In this document: positions 10,755-22,994 of the stretch, in pieces
Numbering within the stretch: the stretch's first letter is position 1
Layout of the letters: the number at the start of each line of letters is the position of its first letter
Assembly: GCA_002104905.1 (NCBI GenBank)
Contig: MCFE01000287.1
Location: forward strand, 1 to 64,000
Direction of reading: 5' to 3'
Source: Basidiobolus meristosporus CBS 931.73
Lineage: Eukaryota; Fungi; Basidiobolomycota
DNA length: 64,000 bases
Notes under the pieces: generated by a model
Told to the model about the DNA's origin: nothing
Database searches by the model: none
Seen by the model: only the letters and a program-made list of their open reading frames with translations
Program-made: the position numbers and the translations under genes

Positions 10755-11217
10755 GCCTGCTGATGAACCTAACCTTTTTCATTTTAGGCTGTAGTTGCGG
10801 TAGGAATGTGAATGTTTGGCCGCCCTCCAATTACATTCCATCAAGCAACTGTCGAGCAAATGGTTCTCCATGATTTAGGGTATCACATGGTAGGTCCCCA
10901 TTCAGCATGTCGAGCGGCGTGGAGATGACATGGTGATGAATCGGTATAATTGGTATTGTGACGTGATCATTTTCCATTAAATGCCGGGTCTAACATTATT
11001 GCATCACAGAGTCAAGTATAGGTGATGGATTTGTACTTTGCATGAAGAGTTGAGTATTATTACTGCTTTTCCGCAGATTTCCCCAATTCTTGACCAGATC
11101 TTTTATATAGCTGTTACTGGGATTTTTGGAAGCTCAGTACTTCCTCCTCTTGCTTTTGGATTTTTCTTATACAGTTTCACTTCAGCAAATCTACTTTTTC
11201 TTCTTGCCTCACATATC

Positions 11218-12762
11218 ATGGTTAACCCTCTTCCAAGTGATCTCGCTGGTGAATGTAAAAAAGCTGCCAAGATTGTTAGCAGTTTTATTGGTAAGTTTTC
11301 GCTGCAAATGTTATTAAACCTGGGAAAGAGGTTGACTTTTGGACGTACGATAGACACTTCCTCTGGAAAGGGCCCCGATGCCATTATTCCACCAAATATT
11401 TTAAACAACGCCAAAGGGTTGGCTATCTTCACTGTCATTAAAGCCGGCTTCTTATGGTCAGGCAGAGCTGGGACTGGTGTAGTTGTTGCCCGGTAAGTAT
11501 TCCTGCCATTGTTTTCTTGCGGTAAACTCAGTTATTGAGCTTGTCTTTTTAGTCTGCCCGACGGAAGCTGGTCAGGACCGTCCTGTATTGGCACTGGTGG
11601 AATGGTATTTTTTCTGCCTTTCTTTGGTGGGTAGAGGCGCCAGGCTAACTGGATATGCTTTCCAGGGATTCGGTGGCCAAATCGGTGCCGAAGTTACGGA
11701 CTTCGTTGTTATTTTGAACACCCCTGACGCAGTCAAAGCATTCAGTCATGGTGGCAACGTAACCTTGGGCGGGAATCTGTCGGGTAAGAATCTTCGTAGA
11801 AAACCCTTCATAAAGCCCGTGTGTGACTCATATTGTAATTAGTTGCCGCTGGACCCGTTGGTCGTAATGCCGAAGCAGCCGGAACAGTCGGAAATTTTGC
11901 CGCCATCTATTCATACAGGTACGTCGGAAATCGCCCCATTTGGATCCCAGCTATTGATTAAATTTCCTAATTCTCCGAACGATCTTAGCAAAACCAAAGG
12001 CCTTTTTGCAGGTAAACTCAATTTGGCAGTGAGTCCGAAAGCTTATTTCTAACCGAGCCATTCTTATTAGGTGTGTCTATTGAGGGTTCTGTCATTGTTG
12101 AGCGCAAAGACGCCAATGCCAAATTCTATGGCCGGAGAATCTCCGCCAAAGAAATTTTGAGCGGCTCCATTCCTGCGCCACCCGAGGCTGGCGTTTTGAC
12201 TCGTGCCTTGAATATCAAAGCAGCTAGAAACAGCTATTCCTCCACCAGCCAAGCCACTAGCAATCCTTATACCTCTCAAGATGACGGAGGGCTAAATAGA
12301 TCGGCTTCGAACGCCTCAACCGGCTACAACAGAGCGAACACCTACTCCAATAGATTCTCGAACACAACTGACTCCAAATCCGACTACCCCTACCAATCTT
12401 CACGTATGGAAACTAACCAGTTTGACTCATCACCAGCCCCTCCTTACTACTCTGGTAGCCAGCAACCCAGTACATTTTCCTCTGCAAGAGGAAGAGCAGT
12501 CCCCCCACCACCACCCAGAGGTGCCGAGGAGACTGCCACTGCGCTCTATGACTTCAACGCGATCGAAGTGGACGATCTGCCACTTAAACAAGGGGATATC
12601 GTGGTAGTCCTCAAGAAGACCGAAAGCCAAAACGATTGGTGGAAAGGCAGATGTAATGGACGTGAAGGAAATGTAAGTAACGTTGCAACATTTTGGCGGG
12701 CGACCGAAACTCTAACCCAGCTTGTATTCCAGTTCCCAGCAAATTATGTGCGACTAAATTAG
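11218..12762 (+). CDS. YSC84: Ysc84/Lsb3/SH3YL1 actin- and lipid-binding protein (SYLF + SH3), multi-exon
   Basis: NPLPSDLAGECKKAAKI, IPPNILNNAKGLAIFTVIKAGFLWSGRAGTGVVVAR, GGQIGAEVTDFVVILNT, and C-terminal SH3 ALYDF..DWWKG..FPANYV. Confidence 0.95.
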
Positions 12763-13319
12763 CATGTAGAGCTCAACCTCCCTTACCAACCAGCTTAATG
12801 TAGTGCGAGAACAATCCCGTCACACGCCACCAACCTATATATGAAATCACATTGTATTTGCCGATAGGCAGTATCAAGTATAAGTGTAATTTAGTCGAAT
12901 AAAGTTCACTTCTTAATGAATCTTATGGGAGAAGCGAATGCAACATAGATTTATTTATATATCTACATCAATCAACACTAGACTCCAACCTGAACCGCGG
13001 CTCACACCCACCAACACAATCATGTGCAAATGAGAAATAAACAAACGGAGTAAAGTAAAACGAAGATACGATGGCTAGGAGTAAACGTGATATCTACTTT
13101 CATTAAAGGCTAAGATAAAGTTGGGCTTTGGGGGAGGGAGATTCTCGCCACATAAGCTCTATATAGGATACGCTTTCTTTTGATCGGTGAATAGGTTTGA
13201 ATGGATAACAATGGTCGAGACTTTATCCAACCTCCACGGTAAATGTGTTACGCATACCCTTGACCTGTTCGGAAATTTGCCCATCTTTCTTTACAATATT
13301 GCTAATCTACATTCCCCGC

Positions 13320-14766
13320 TTACATGATCACCGGCCTATAATAAACAGTAGACATGTACTGGGGAAATTGTCATGTCAGAAGTGTTCAACCCGGTTCAAC
13401 AGGTGTAGAAATGCACTTACTTTTTGGCGATATCTTGTGGTTCCTGCGACTGCCATCACACCATCTCTAATCGAGCATGCATACAAGTGGTTCAAGACGA
13501 CGTGATTCGGAACTGGAAGCGCCATTGGATCATCGTTCGATACGGCTGAGCTGTTGAGTAGGACCTTCTCCAGGTGGGGTGGTAGTATCGGAGGCTTCTT
13601 GGCACCCTTCGAGTCCCCACTCGATTTGGACGACTTTGAAGAGGAGTCACTCTTATCCAACGCAGCCAAGTAATCCGGGATAATGTTCGAATAGCTCCCT
13701 GATGGTGAACCTGGTGTGGATGCTGCAGAAACACCCCCCAAAAGACTGCCTGTCAATCTCAACCAACATAAAGGGCGAAGTAAGCTGGTGACGAACCTGG
13801 TCCATTTGACGCATCCAAATTGCTTCCACCTTCCTGGTGGCACTGTAATCCAGATATCTCGTCGGCAGTGGGCGAGACGTCAATGAAGTTCACCAAATTT
13901 CCGTCAGCATCGGGCGCGATTAAGAGATCGTTGGAGCATTTCCATTCCTCGTCCACGATGAACTTTAACCGATGTCTTCCGGGTGGAAAGTCAATCACCG
14001 TGGTGAAATCGCTGGTGCTAAAGAGTTTACAAGGTTTAGCTACGAGGGCAGGGAGTTAGAGAAGTGGTGGAGCTTTACCTTCGATTAAGGCGAATCTTAT
14101 GCTTCCATCCGTTGAAGGTTCCAGTAACATATACGTTGGTCCCTCCCTGCGACCATGCTATTATGGTTGGTATGCGAGGAGTAGCCTCTTTGGAATCTGA
14201 GTGAAAGCGGCTGATTAGGAACGATTCATAGATCGGCATACAAACAACCACGTACCCTCGGCCACTGGGCCAAAGCCGTGAATTACTTTCACCTCGGGGG
14301 AGTTCGAAGCTATAGAAGCAAGCGCAAGGTAAGTAAGAGTCTACGAAGAAGAGCAAATATGGACCTAGCACGCACCTTCACTTCTTGTCGAGCTACCAGC
14401 GTTGCTAGGAAAACTCGAGGGAAAGGAATCGGGCTGCAAATTGTGTCTTCCGGCAGAAGGGGAACCAGTTCGTGCCGCCGACGAATCGGAGGGTATGTCG
14501 AACTCGTCGGTGGACATCAGCGGGGAGCCAACGAAAGGAGAGTTCGAGATGTTGGGCTGGAACTGGGGTTTATTCAGCAACACTTTGCGGATAGAGAGGG
14601 GTCTTGAGCTTTCAGGCGGCGGCCTCCCAGTTCCACCGGCTCCGCTCTTTCCCGCACCCGTTTTGGTTGACCTTTCAGCTTGCTGACTGGTGTAATGTTC
14701 TTGTGACGTATATGTAACCGCCTCTGGAGCTTTGTTCTCCGTCTGAGATGAGTTTGCATTCCCCAT
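13320..14766 (-). CDS. GAL83: AMPK/Snf1 kinase beta subunit, multi-exon
   Basis: N-myristoylation start MGNANS. CBM48 region WSQGGTNVYVTGTFNGW..LKFIVDEEWK. ASC domain PPILPPHL..LPVPNHVVLNHL..TTRYRQK, with last exon YMSTVYYRPVIM*. Confidence 0.93.
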
Positions 14767-15199
14767 GGATCGCCGATTGCTGTCTCACAAACTCGTTATA
14801 CTGAAAAGGTTCAAGCTAAGCCAACTGGGTTTTAAAGGACCTCGTAGTATTCAAGTAGCACAGTTATATCTTCGATTTTTCCCCTTTACTCGCTCACTGC
14901 TGAGTAAGAGCACCTAAGTAGCAATGATAATTTTGCCTGCTGCATATTCCAATAGGGAACCGATACATATATACGTAAGAAACTCCATAATTTCAGCACC
15001 CATCTATATACTGATCAATTTCGTACCACGTCGAAGCCAATGAGGTCATGGAACACCCCCTGATTGGGCCATGATTCATGGGGGACAAGATAGTGCAATC
15101 TTCACTCGAAATCACTCAGCTCAGTGCAAACGGAATTGCGATTTTATTAAAATATGAAGTCTCCCGAATGAGATATTAAATAATGAGCAAAGTTTACAC

Positions 15200-16508
15200 T
15201 TAAGCTCTGATAACTTGCCAGACACGAATCTCGTTGTCGGTGTAACCAGAGAACAAGGTGTTACCATCAGCGGACCAAGCAAGGGAGACACAGTAAGGAT
15301 CGTTGGACTTGCGGCCGACGTCAACGAATTCGGGACGGAGCTCATCAACAACAGACTTGGATTCGAGATCCCAGATCTTGATGCAGGATGAGGTGGCGGC
15401 GCAGAGCCAGTATCTGTTGGGGCTGAAGACCAAAGAGGTAACTTCATCACCAGCCTCCAAGGAGTAAAGGTGCTTGCCGTCGTTGAGATCCCACAACATG
15501 ACAACACCATCCTTACCAGCGGTAGCGCAAAGGGAACCATCAGGAGAGATGGTGACGGTGTTGATGTAACCGGTGTGGCCGATGTGGTTGGTGCGGATCT
15601 TGCACTTGGAGAGATCCCAGACCTAAAGAAGCAAAATGCGGGTGAATATCGCGGGCCGGGAGAGAAGAGGATTGGATGTGGGAAGAAGGGTGGGTAATCA
15701 GAAAATGGTGATTGTTTGTCTCATAGCAAGTTGCTCTGAAGTAGCAAATATATTCAAACATCATGTACCCCCATGAATCTTCCCTCAGTTCCGGAGAAAT
15801 ACGTACCTTCACGAGCTTATCCCAACCACCGGAGACGATGACGGGGTTGGCGGGGTTAGGAGAGAATCTAACGCAGGAAACCCAGTCGCTGTGACCGTTC
15901 TCGGTAAGGTTGTACTTGCACTCACCAAGGGTGTTCCACAACTTGATGGACTTGTCACGGCCACTGGAAACAATTTGACGGTTGTCAGCAGAGAAGGCAA
16001 CAGACAAGACATCACCAGTGTGACCAACGAATCTACGGGTGGTAGCACCAGTGTTGAGGTCCCAAAGACGGAGAGTCTTATCCCAGGAAGCGGAAAGAGC
16101 GAATTGACCATCGGAGGAGATGGCAAGGTCTTGGATGAAGTGGTTGTGACCCTTAAGAGCCTTGCGAGGGATACCATAGCTGGATTCATCGCGGGTGAGG
16201 TTCCAGACGATGATGGACTTGTCTAAAAGGATTCACGAATGTTATTACGGGAGCATGGACGACGAGTAGCCGGTTGCTACATACCGCGGGAAGCAGACAA
16301 GATCATCTCGGGGTTCTCGGGGGTAGTAGCGATGGCAGTAACCCAGTTGGTGTGACCTGTAGTAATCAAAGTATGCGCGTGTTTAGTATATCTGTGTAGA
16401 GGCTCGATGCATCCATCCTACAGACGACCCACTAAGGAATCAACGAATCGCCTACGGCGGATCAAGAAACGTACCTTTAAGAGTTCCACGCAAGATAAGA
16501 GAGTCCAT
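15200..16508 (-). CDS. ASC1: RACK1 / G-beta-like WD40 ribosome-associated scaffold, 4 exons
   Basis: [72 protein letters not shown]. Strong C-ending codon bias. Confidence 0.97.
15692..15770 (-). ncRNA. snR24: Box C/D snoRNA U24/snR24 homolog in RACK1 intron 3
   Basis: Minus strand reads GGGTAC-ATGATG(C)-TTTGAAT-ATATTTGCTACTT-CAGA(D')...ATGAGA(C')...ATCACCATTTT-CTGA(D)-TTACCC. Terminal stem GGGTA/TACCC. The guide is complementary to LSU rRNA AGUAGCAAAUAU, as in U24. Confidence 0.88.
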
Positions 16509-16866
16509 GTTGCTGCAGTAAATGGGCACTTAGCACCAAGTAAAAATAACAGCCAGGTAAAAGGAGGTTAAAAGAATCAACGATTACAACTTTATAGGTC
16601 GCCTCGTCGAATCCAAATGGTTACTGAGAACCGATTCCCTATTCGGGCAAAGAAATTAAAATTTTTCAGCATTCGATCCTGAATCCAATTTTTCTGATTC
16701 TGCTGCCATGAGTAAGGCTTGGAATAAAATGCAACATAATGATTTGTGATTAAATCCGTCAGAGTAGGAAGTAATTTTATTTGGAAGCGATTGCGATTTA
16801 CATTGGATCAATATTACATCTAAGTGAAACGAGGGCTATTTACGGTCGTATGTTGGATTTTGTGAA

Positions 16867-18503
16867 TTAGACTCCTTGAACAACCTGAGGATAGGTACGG
16901 CGAATCTGCTCGAACAGCTCCGGCTGAGACCTTTGAAGGGCTTCGGGATCCTCCGCCAAACATACGAAAGTCGTGGCCGTGCCACTCTGTATAATTTCAC
17001 CAACAAGCACAAACAATGAAAATCCTACGATGAACCCAAAGAATACAAACACCGTCGTGAAATCGGCATTATAATTGATCTCCGATTTGAAGACCTGCAC
17101 GAAGACGTAGGTGATAATGGACGTGACCGTGGCAACCAGTAGACCGCCCATGGTCAACACATTGCCAATTAGGCTGTCGTTGATCATTGCGTCAATACCA
17201 CGGTCCTTGATGAGTCTCCATGTGTCCTTCGCTGCTTGGCAGTACGGTTTACCATAAATCGCAACTTGGGTAAACGCGTAATGATTGAAGTACTCCACCA
17301 TTCCCTCGATCCAGGACAGCAAACACTGAATGCAACAAGCAAGGAAGGCAATAAACCCGTTATCTGGATCGTTCATAACCTGGCGCAGGATTGCTCGCAC
17401 CGTTCTGAACACCGCGATGATAAGAGAGCCAAAAGCAACGCTACCGAAGGAAGTGGTGCATGCACGCTTGAGTGAGGATGGTGTGGGTGATGCTTCCGCT
17501 TGAGGGGTACCATAGAAAAAGTAGTAAGAGGCAAATATACCCGACACGGTCACATGGACCAAATCCTTAAGAAGCTGAGTAGTCCAATACAAACTAAAGC
17601 AGCAGTAGATGAGGACCACGATCAGTTTGGCGGGAGGTGAGCATTGCTGTACACGATTGCCGTTTCTGTCAACGACAGTTCTGCACATGTCGTTGCCACC
17701 GAAATGGTCATAGGCGCCAGCAATGGTGAAGCTCCACCATACGGTGTATGCGAATTGGATGAGCAAACCGATGATGGCCACGATTATGGAGCCGTAGTAT
17801 TTTCTAGTTACCCCGGAAACGGTCTTCAACATGATGGTGGCGAAAGGTATGCGCGACTTCCACCAAAACCAAGCGAGAAGGTAGAGAACTCCAAATATCG
17901 CGAACACCACGGTAAGGAAGTACTGACGCACGGTCGCGTAGTACGCTGCTGCTGCGAAGTAGAGAAGCACGGATAGAAAGAACGAGATCCTGATCAGAGC
18001 ACCTGGAATTCTGTAAAGTCAAGGTTTAGTACAGGTTCTTATGTCCGCTGAGTGGTTGGAGATTCCTCGTACCTTTGCATCAGGATGATATAACCTAATG
18101 AGAGCACAAAGCCAATAGCACAGATACCAAGGAGCAACAGGGCGTTACTCCAAGTTAGTAGCTCTTGATTTGTGGTGCCATCATTTCCCTGTGTCGTTCG
18201 AGTGATGGAGCGAATGGAGAAGTAACTGATCGCAATGAATGCGCCAATGTGCAACCAAAACAAGATTGCAGCCCAAACATCCTGGAAACCTGGGTTAGGC
18301 GAGAATTTATCACCGGCCGAGTAGGTTTGGTTAGCATCGTTGTAGGTAGGTGGGTTGTGATCTGGAGGTGGAGGTGGTGGCGGTTGATATTGTCCAGTCT
18401 GGGGCGGATAGGGATTGTATTGTGGTTGTTGTGGAGGTGGATACTGATTTTGCGTGTAACCACCATAATTGGCGTCCGGCTTCTGGCCATAGTATCCAGA
18501 CAT
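16867..18503 (-). CDS. PNS1: Pns1 / choline transporter-like (CTL, SLC44) membrane protein, 2 exons
   Basis: Pro/Gln/Tyr-rich N-terminus, FQDVWAAILF, intron 18072-18011, multiple TM segments, SFGSVAFGSLI, AFTQVAIYGKPY, LAEDP. Confidence 0.92.
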
Positions 18504-19467
18504 GTCAGATTCGAATGATAATGTGAAGGATTAATTTGCTAACGTGCGAATGCAACCAAAATGATTAATGCGTATCCATCATCGTGTCCAAACGAAGCTT
18601 TATATAAGACCCAGCCTGCTTCACAATGTATAACGAAGCAGCCAAGAATAGCCAGTCACCACCAGCCAGCCCACCTGTGTCCAATCGATTCCGTGGCCTT
18701 GCATTTTAAGGTAATGTATGATGACTGCGCGAAACGGCGGGTTTGTTTCAGGGAAAATGACATACTTTTCAGCGAATAAATGAACTCGGAATAGAAAGAC
18801 ATTGGAGTGCCATATAATATATTGCCAAGGCTATTATATAATCTCTAGGTGGATTGCCGAAATAAGATTCGGTAAATTCGCGCATTCAGCATCACAATGC
18901 CTTCTGACTTACAATATAAGGCAAACCTACCAAATCAACAATAAACAAACGGAACGATCGCTGTTTGAACGCACATAATGATTGCATCCAAGCCAAGCCA
19001 ACTATTCCATATCGCGATGGATAAATCAGAGAATTGCGTAATGTGAATATATATATAGCGATCAGTAGCTTGAACTTTACTGAATCATTCTAGCCCTTTT
19101 GAGGTTTGTTTATGGTCAAGTGTGATAGTCATGAATTATACTTATGCCGGTTTATCGATAAATCCTCTCGTATGTGCTCTCTCGTTGTCCAATGATGTCA
19201 AGTACCACTTCCTAATTCCACGGATAGCCAATGGAATCCGGTTATTACTTTCAATATCTAATTTAGCTTTGTATTGACTCATCCCGGAATTCTGTTTGTC
19301 TAATTAAAGCTGCTACTGCTCTGGATTATTATGGATGGGGGAATCACTAAGTGGGACCATGCATTCACCAATCTAAAACTTTCTGTCCTTCTTCTCGTGT
19401 TCTATTGTCAGTGACTATCACTAGAATCCCCAGTGCAAGCTTGTTCAACGCTGATATCGTTGTTCTC

Positions 19468-20102
19468 ATGCCTCACCGAAAAACCTACCTTGGTTGCCCC
19501 TTTTGCAACATAGCATCTGGGAATGAAAAAGACGTCATACTGTTATACAATGTGAGTTCCTTAGAAATTTCTATGCGATAGAGTTTTCCAGAGCACTCAC
19601 CACCTCGACAGGATTCCAAGATATGTGCCTTCCAAGATCCGAAACCAGACTCGGAAAATCATATTGTCATTCTGAGCAAAGTCCATATTCCCGACTACAA
19701 CTGTCTAACCGAAGTCGATATAGAGCTTCGTATGTGTTCGGTTTTTTTTGGTAAACTAACCAACCAACTAGCTAACTAACCCTGGCATGACTCTGGAACT
19801 GTCAACAGTTGAGCATATGCAAAACATAGGCGGTAAACTCCTCGACCAAATAGTAGAGCCTGATACCCCCACAAAGTATTTCGGATATGGTGGATTTTGT
19901 ATTTACTCTTGAAACTAACTCTGTTCGCTTCAGGATGGGTTTCCTGCCGAAGTCGCTCTCTCGAGTCAACCATTTGCATATGCATTGTCTAACGTTGCCT
20001 CTCACTTGTGGCTGGATGCGCAGTTTGCTGTACAAGCCACTGGTCTTCTTTGAAAGCGAGGACCTTATTGGGGAGGTGAAAGAAAGCTGTTACAATCTGT
20101 AG
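19468..20102 (+). CDS. HIT-family hydrolase (HINT3-like), 4 exons
   Basis: CPFCNI start, FQDPKPDSENHIVILSKVHI, FRMGF, and histidine triad HLHMH. GT-AG introns link the pieces in frame. Confidence 0.85.
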
Positions 20103-20773
20103 ACCTTAACACATGGAGTATCCCTGTCCAATATTTTTTAGCTCCCTTAAGCAATATCCCTCTAGTCAGTATCCATTTGAGCATGGAAATCGCCTAGATT
20201 GACTTGTACTGTAGATAAACTATACGCATACATACAAATTTCTCAGTGGAATATATCAGTAAAGAGGAAATTGAAATGCATCAAACGTACATATTATCTC
20301 GGGCTTCTTGACAGCCCAGTTGGCGTGTTCCAATCGCATGTACAGCTGCTTGGCACCGGAAAGATGCTACTGGATGATAGGTTTATTCGTGTTCTATTTA
20401 CCCACGTTTCCCAATTAAATGTGTATATATAATCATGGTTAGCTCAATGGCAGTAGGCTTGTACTATCAGCAGCTGGAAAAAATTGCTATTTAAACTAAG
20501 AATTCACAACACCAGAGATATGTAGGAGGATTCTGGGAAATTAGTTCAAGACTATGTACGAATAGGAAAAAGGGTAATATGTGGGCATGGCGGTATTACG
20601 AATACCCAGAGGATGATATATCCATACTGTCGTTAGCCCTTCAGAATCTTTCCAGCGTTTTACGCATTTCCATAGCGATCAGACGTTGCAACGGAAGGAT
20701 TGGCCCACCCAGATTGGCTACAAAAGATGGGGATATGAGTAAGAGAAGATTTTCGTGAGTTATATACAAATCA

Positions 20774-22153
20774 TCATTTACGGTTGTCATCGATTCCGTA
20801 AGCACTTGACCTTGCAGGCATCCGGCAGGATTGTCGGTTCTCGACGCACTTATGCGAGCACATTCGATAGAGAACTGGGATGCTCACTCGTTCCTCACAT
20901 ATGGATACTTGCTCGACATGATTCAGCCAGTGACCACATAGAGCAGTACCACACAAGTCACAATCATACACCTGGGTTAGCAGCCCAGTTAGGCAGCTCG
21001 GTAGATATCGGGTTTGTCTTCTTAACTGGAAGTACTTTCTTTTGTTTCTCCTAGAATTACTGACCAGTACCCGGGCTGCAAATTCGCTGAGCTTCGGGAA
21101 GGCTCCATTGGGTGGATGGGTGCCAAAATCCTCGCTTAGAGGGTTGTCGGCGATCAAGAGGTTCTCCAATTTGCGCATATGGATCATGGTAAAAGGGAAT
21201 TGCCGGATATCATTTCTACGAAGATCCAATTTGTATAGGTGTCTTAGCTGGCCAAATGTTGGCGGCAAAGTGGTCAACTTGTTTTGGACAACACCCATCT
21301 TGGCCAAACGCTTAAGATTCCCTATACTGTCGGGTAGTGTTACGAGCTGATTGTCGTTGAGGTTGAGCCATTCAAGAGCCACCAATCTGCCTATCTCTTT
21401 GGGAAGAGTGTCTAGCCTATTGATAGCAAGATTCAGGCGCTTCAGCTGGGTTAACGACTGAATTTCCATTCCTATAGATGTGATTTGATTTGTGTGCAAA
21501 TCGAGGTTGATCAGATTCGGTAGATTGAAGATGGGCGAGGGAATGGATGTGAAGTTGTTTGAGGAGATAATCAGATGTTCCAATTCCCTAAGCTTAACCA
21601 GCGTCTCCGGTAGAGAGTCCAGAAGGTTGTAGCTTAAATTGAGGGAAATCAATTTCTTGAGCTTGACAAATATCTCGGGCGCAAGCCTGTTAATACGGTT
21701 CTTGTGGGCAGAGAGGATGGTCAAGTTCTTCATTTTGCCGATGCAGCTGGGGAGTTGGGTGAAGCGGTTCCGTTGGATATCAAGAGAAGTCAACCTCTCT
21801 AGGTTTCCAAGCTCCTCCGGAAGAGAGGTCAATGCGTTTCCAGCGATGGTTAAGAGTACCAGGTGCTTGAGGGCACCGACTTCCGATGGAATCTCCGTCA
21901 GTTCGTTAAAAGAAAGTGACAGCTTGGTCAGACTCTTTAGGCTCAAAATATATACGGGAAACGAGGTGAGTCTATTTTCCCGCAAAGATAGTTCTGTCAG
22001 CTTCTCCAATAGAGTGATTTCAGAGGATACATGTCGAATGTTGTTTCTTCGCATGTACAACTTTTGGACATTGGCATGCTTGTAGATGTCGGCAGGGATC
22101 TTTTGGAGCTGTCTATCCGAAAGATTGAGCTCTCTAGAAGGAGACACGCCCAT
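20774..22153 (-). CDS. Leucine-rich repeat protein (about 14 LRRs) with Cys-rich C-terminal cap
   Basis: Repeated LxxLxLxxNxLxxLP units and C-terminal CDLCG..C..CS..C. Upstream exons cannot be excluded. Confidence 0.9.
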   Translation of the reverse strand: MGVSPSRELNLSDRQLQKIPADIYKHANVQKLYMRRNNIRHVSSEITLLEKLTELSLRENRLTSFPVYILSLKSLTKLSLSFNELTEIPSEVGALKHLVLLTIAGNALTSLPEELGNLERLTSLDIQRNRFTQLPSCIGKMKNLTILSAHKNRINRLAPEIFVKLKKLISLNLSYNLLDSLPETLVKLRELEHLIISSNNFTSIPSPIFNLPNLINLDLHTNQITSIGMEIQSLTQLKRLNLAINRLDTLPKEIGRLVALEWLNLNDNQLVTLPDSIGNLKRLAKMGVVQNKLTTLPPTFGQLRHLYKLDLRRNDIRQFPFTMIHMRKLENLLIADNPLSEDFGTHPPNGAFPKLSEFAARVLVSNSRRNKRKYFQLRRQTRYLPSCLTGLLTQVYDCDLCGTALCGHWLNHVEQVSICEERVSIPVLYRMCSHKCVENRQSCRMPARSSAYGIDDNRK

Positions 22154-22673
22154 TAGGAGCTCAAGAAGAAGTAATTAGCGGAGGTTAGAGTTAACGCAGC
22201 GTGTCCAGAACCAACAGTCTAATTTAAGCTCAGCCTGTTTAGTGGGTAACAGTATCCAAGAAGTTCTCTTGAAACCAGTCACCTGATTTGGGAATCAATC
22301 CTGAACATGAATCAAAAGGCAGAGTAAATGAACATATATAATATTAATAATGTGTGAACAAGCAAACGCTGATTTGAAATTTCCCAACACAACCATAGAA
22401 TCCCCCTAACCTCATCGGGCTACTTCAGGAGGCAGCTGTCGAATTACACGCTTTGTCCTCCTGCTCCTGTAGAATTGGGATCCCTGTCTTTGTGGCATGT
22501 GGTTCGCAAGTTGATCATGGCCATTGGTCGGTCACTGTACGAAGATGCAGTCCAATCATTGATTATTGACTACTGTCTCATCCAATATGCGAGAAAATGG
22601 GACAAGTGTAAACATGTTGCTGTGATCGTTGGTAAGAATAAGCGATCATTGATGACAAGCAGAGGAGTGGGCA

Positions 22674-22766
22674 AACACTGCTTGGCTTTTTCCCTTTCTT
22701 GTCTCATCACCTAGTCCATAACGCTGCTTGGCTTTTTTCCCTTTCCCGTCTCATCACCTAGTCCAT
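22674..22766. repeat. Two-copy tandem duplication, 46-47 bp unit
   Basis: AAC[A/G]CTGCTTGGCTTTTT(T)CCCTTTC[TT/CC]GTCTCATCACCTAGTCCAT x2. Confidence 0.9.
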
Positions 22767-22994
22767 AATAATATAATGATTGTCGCAACAGTCACTTGTA
22801 GAGACAGTTGCTGAATGTTGATTGGATAGACAGCATCTCCTAGAATCAATCGAACATCGACGGCAGAATCATACAACCAACTTGTTTAAATTAAAAGCAA
22901 ATTCCGGTGAAGTTAATTATACTGAGACTGGAAGTGTCAGCTCTTGATTTTGTTTATTAACATTCCACTCCTGAAACTTGAACCGAAAGACACA

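Noticed and set aside
10573-10830. 85-aa ORF with THYAYPLRIPTTH repeats
   Set aside because: It is a translation of the 13-bp minisatellite, with no other coding evidence.
15121-16226. Several overlapping or antisense ORFs over RACK1
   Set aside because: Shadow frames caused by strong codon bias in a highly expressed gene.
16357-16474. Second snoRNA in RACK1 intron 1
   Set aside because: A weak hairpin and an ACA are present, but there are no convincing C/D or H boxes.
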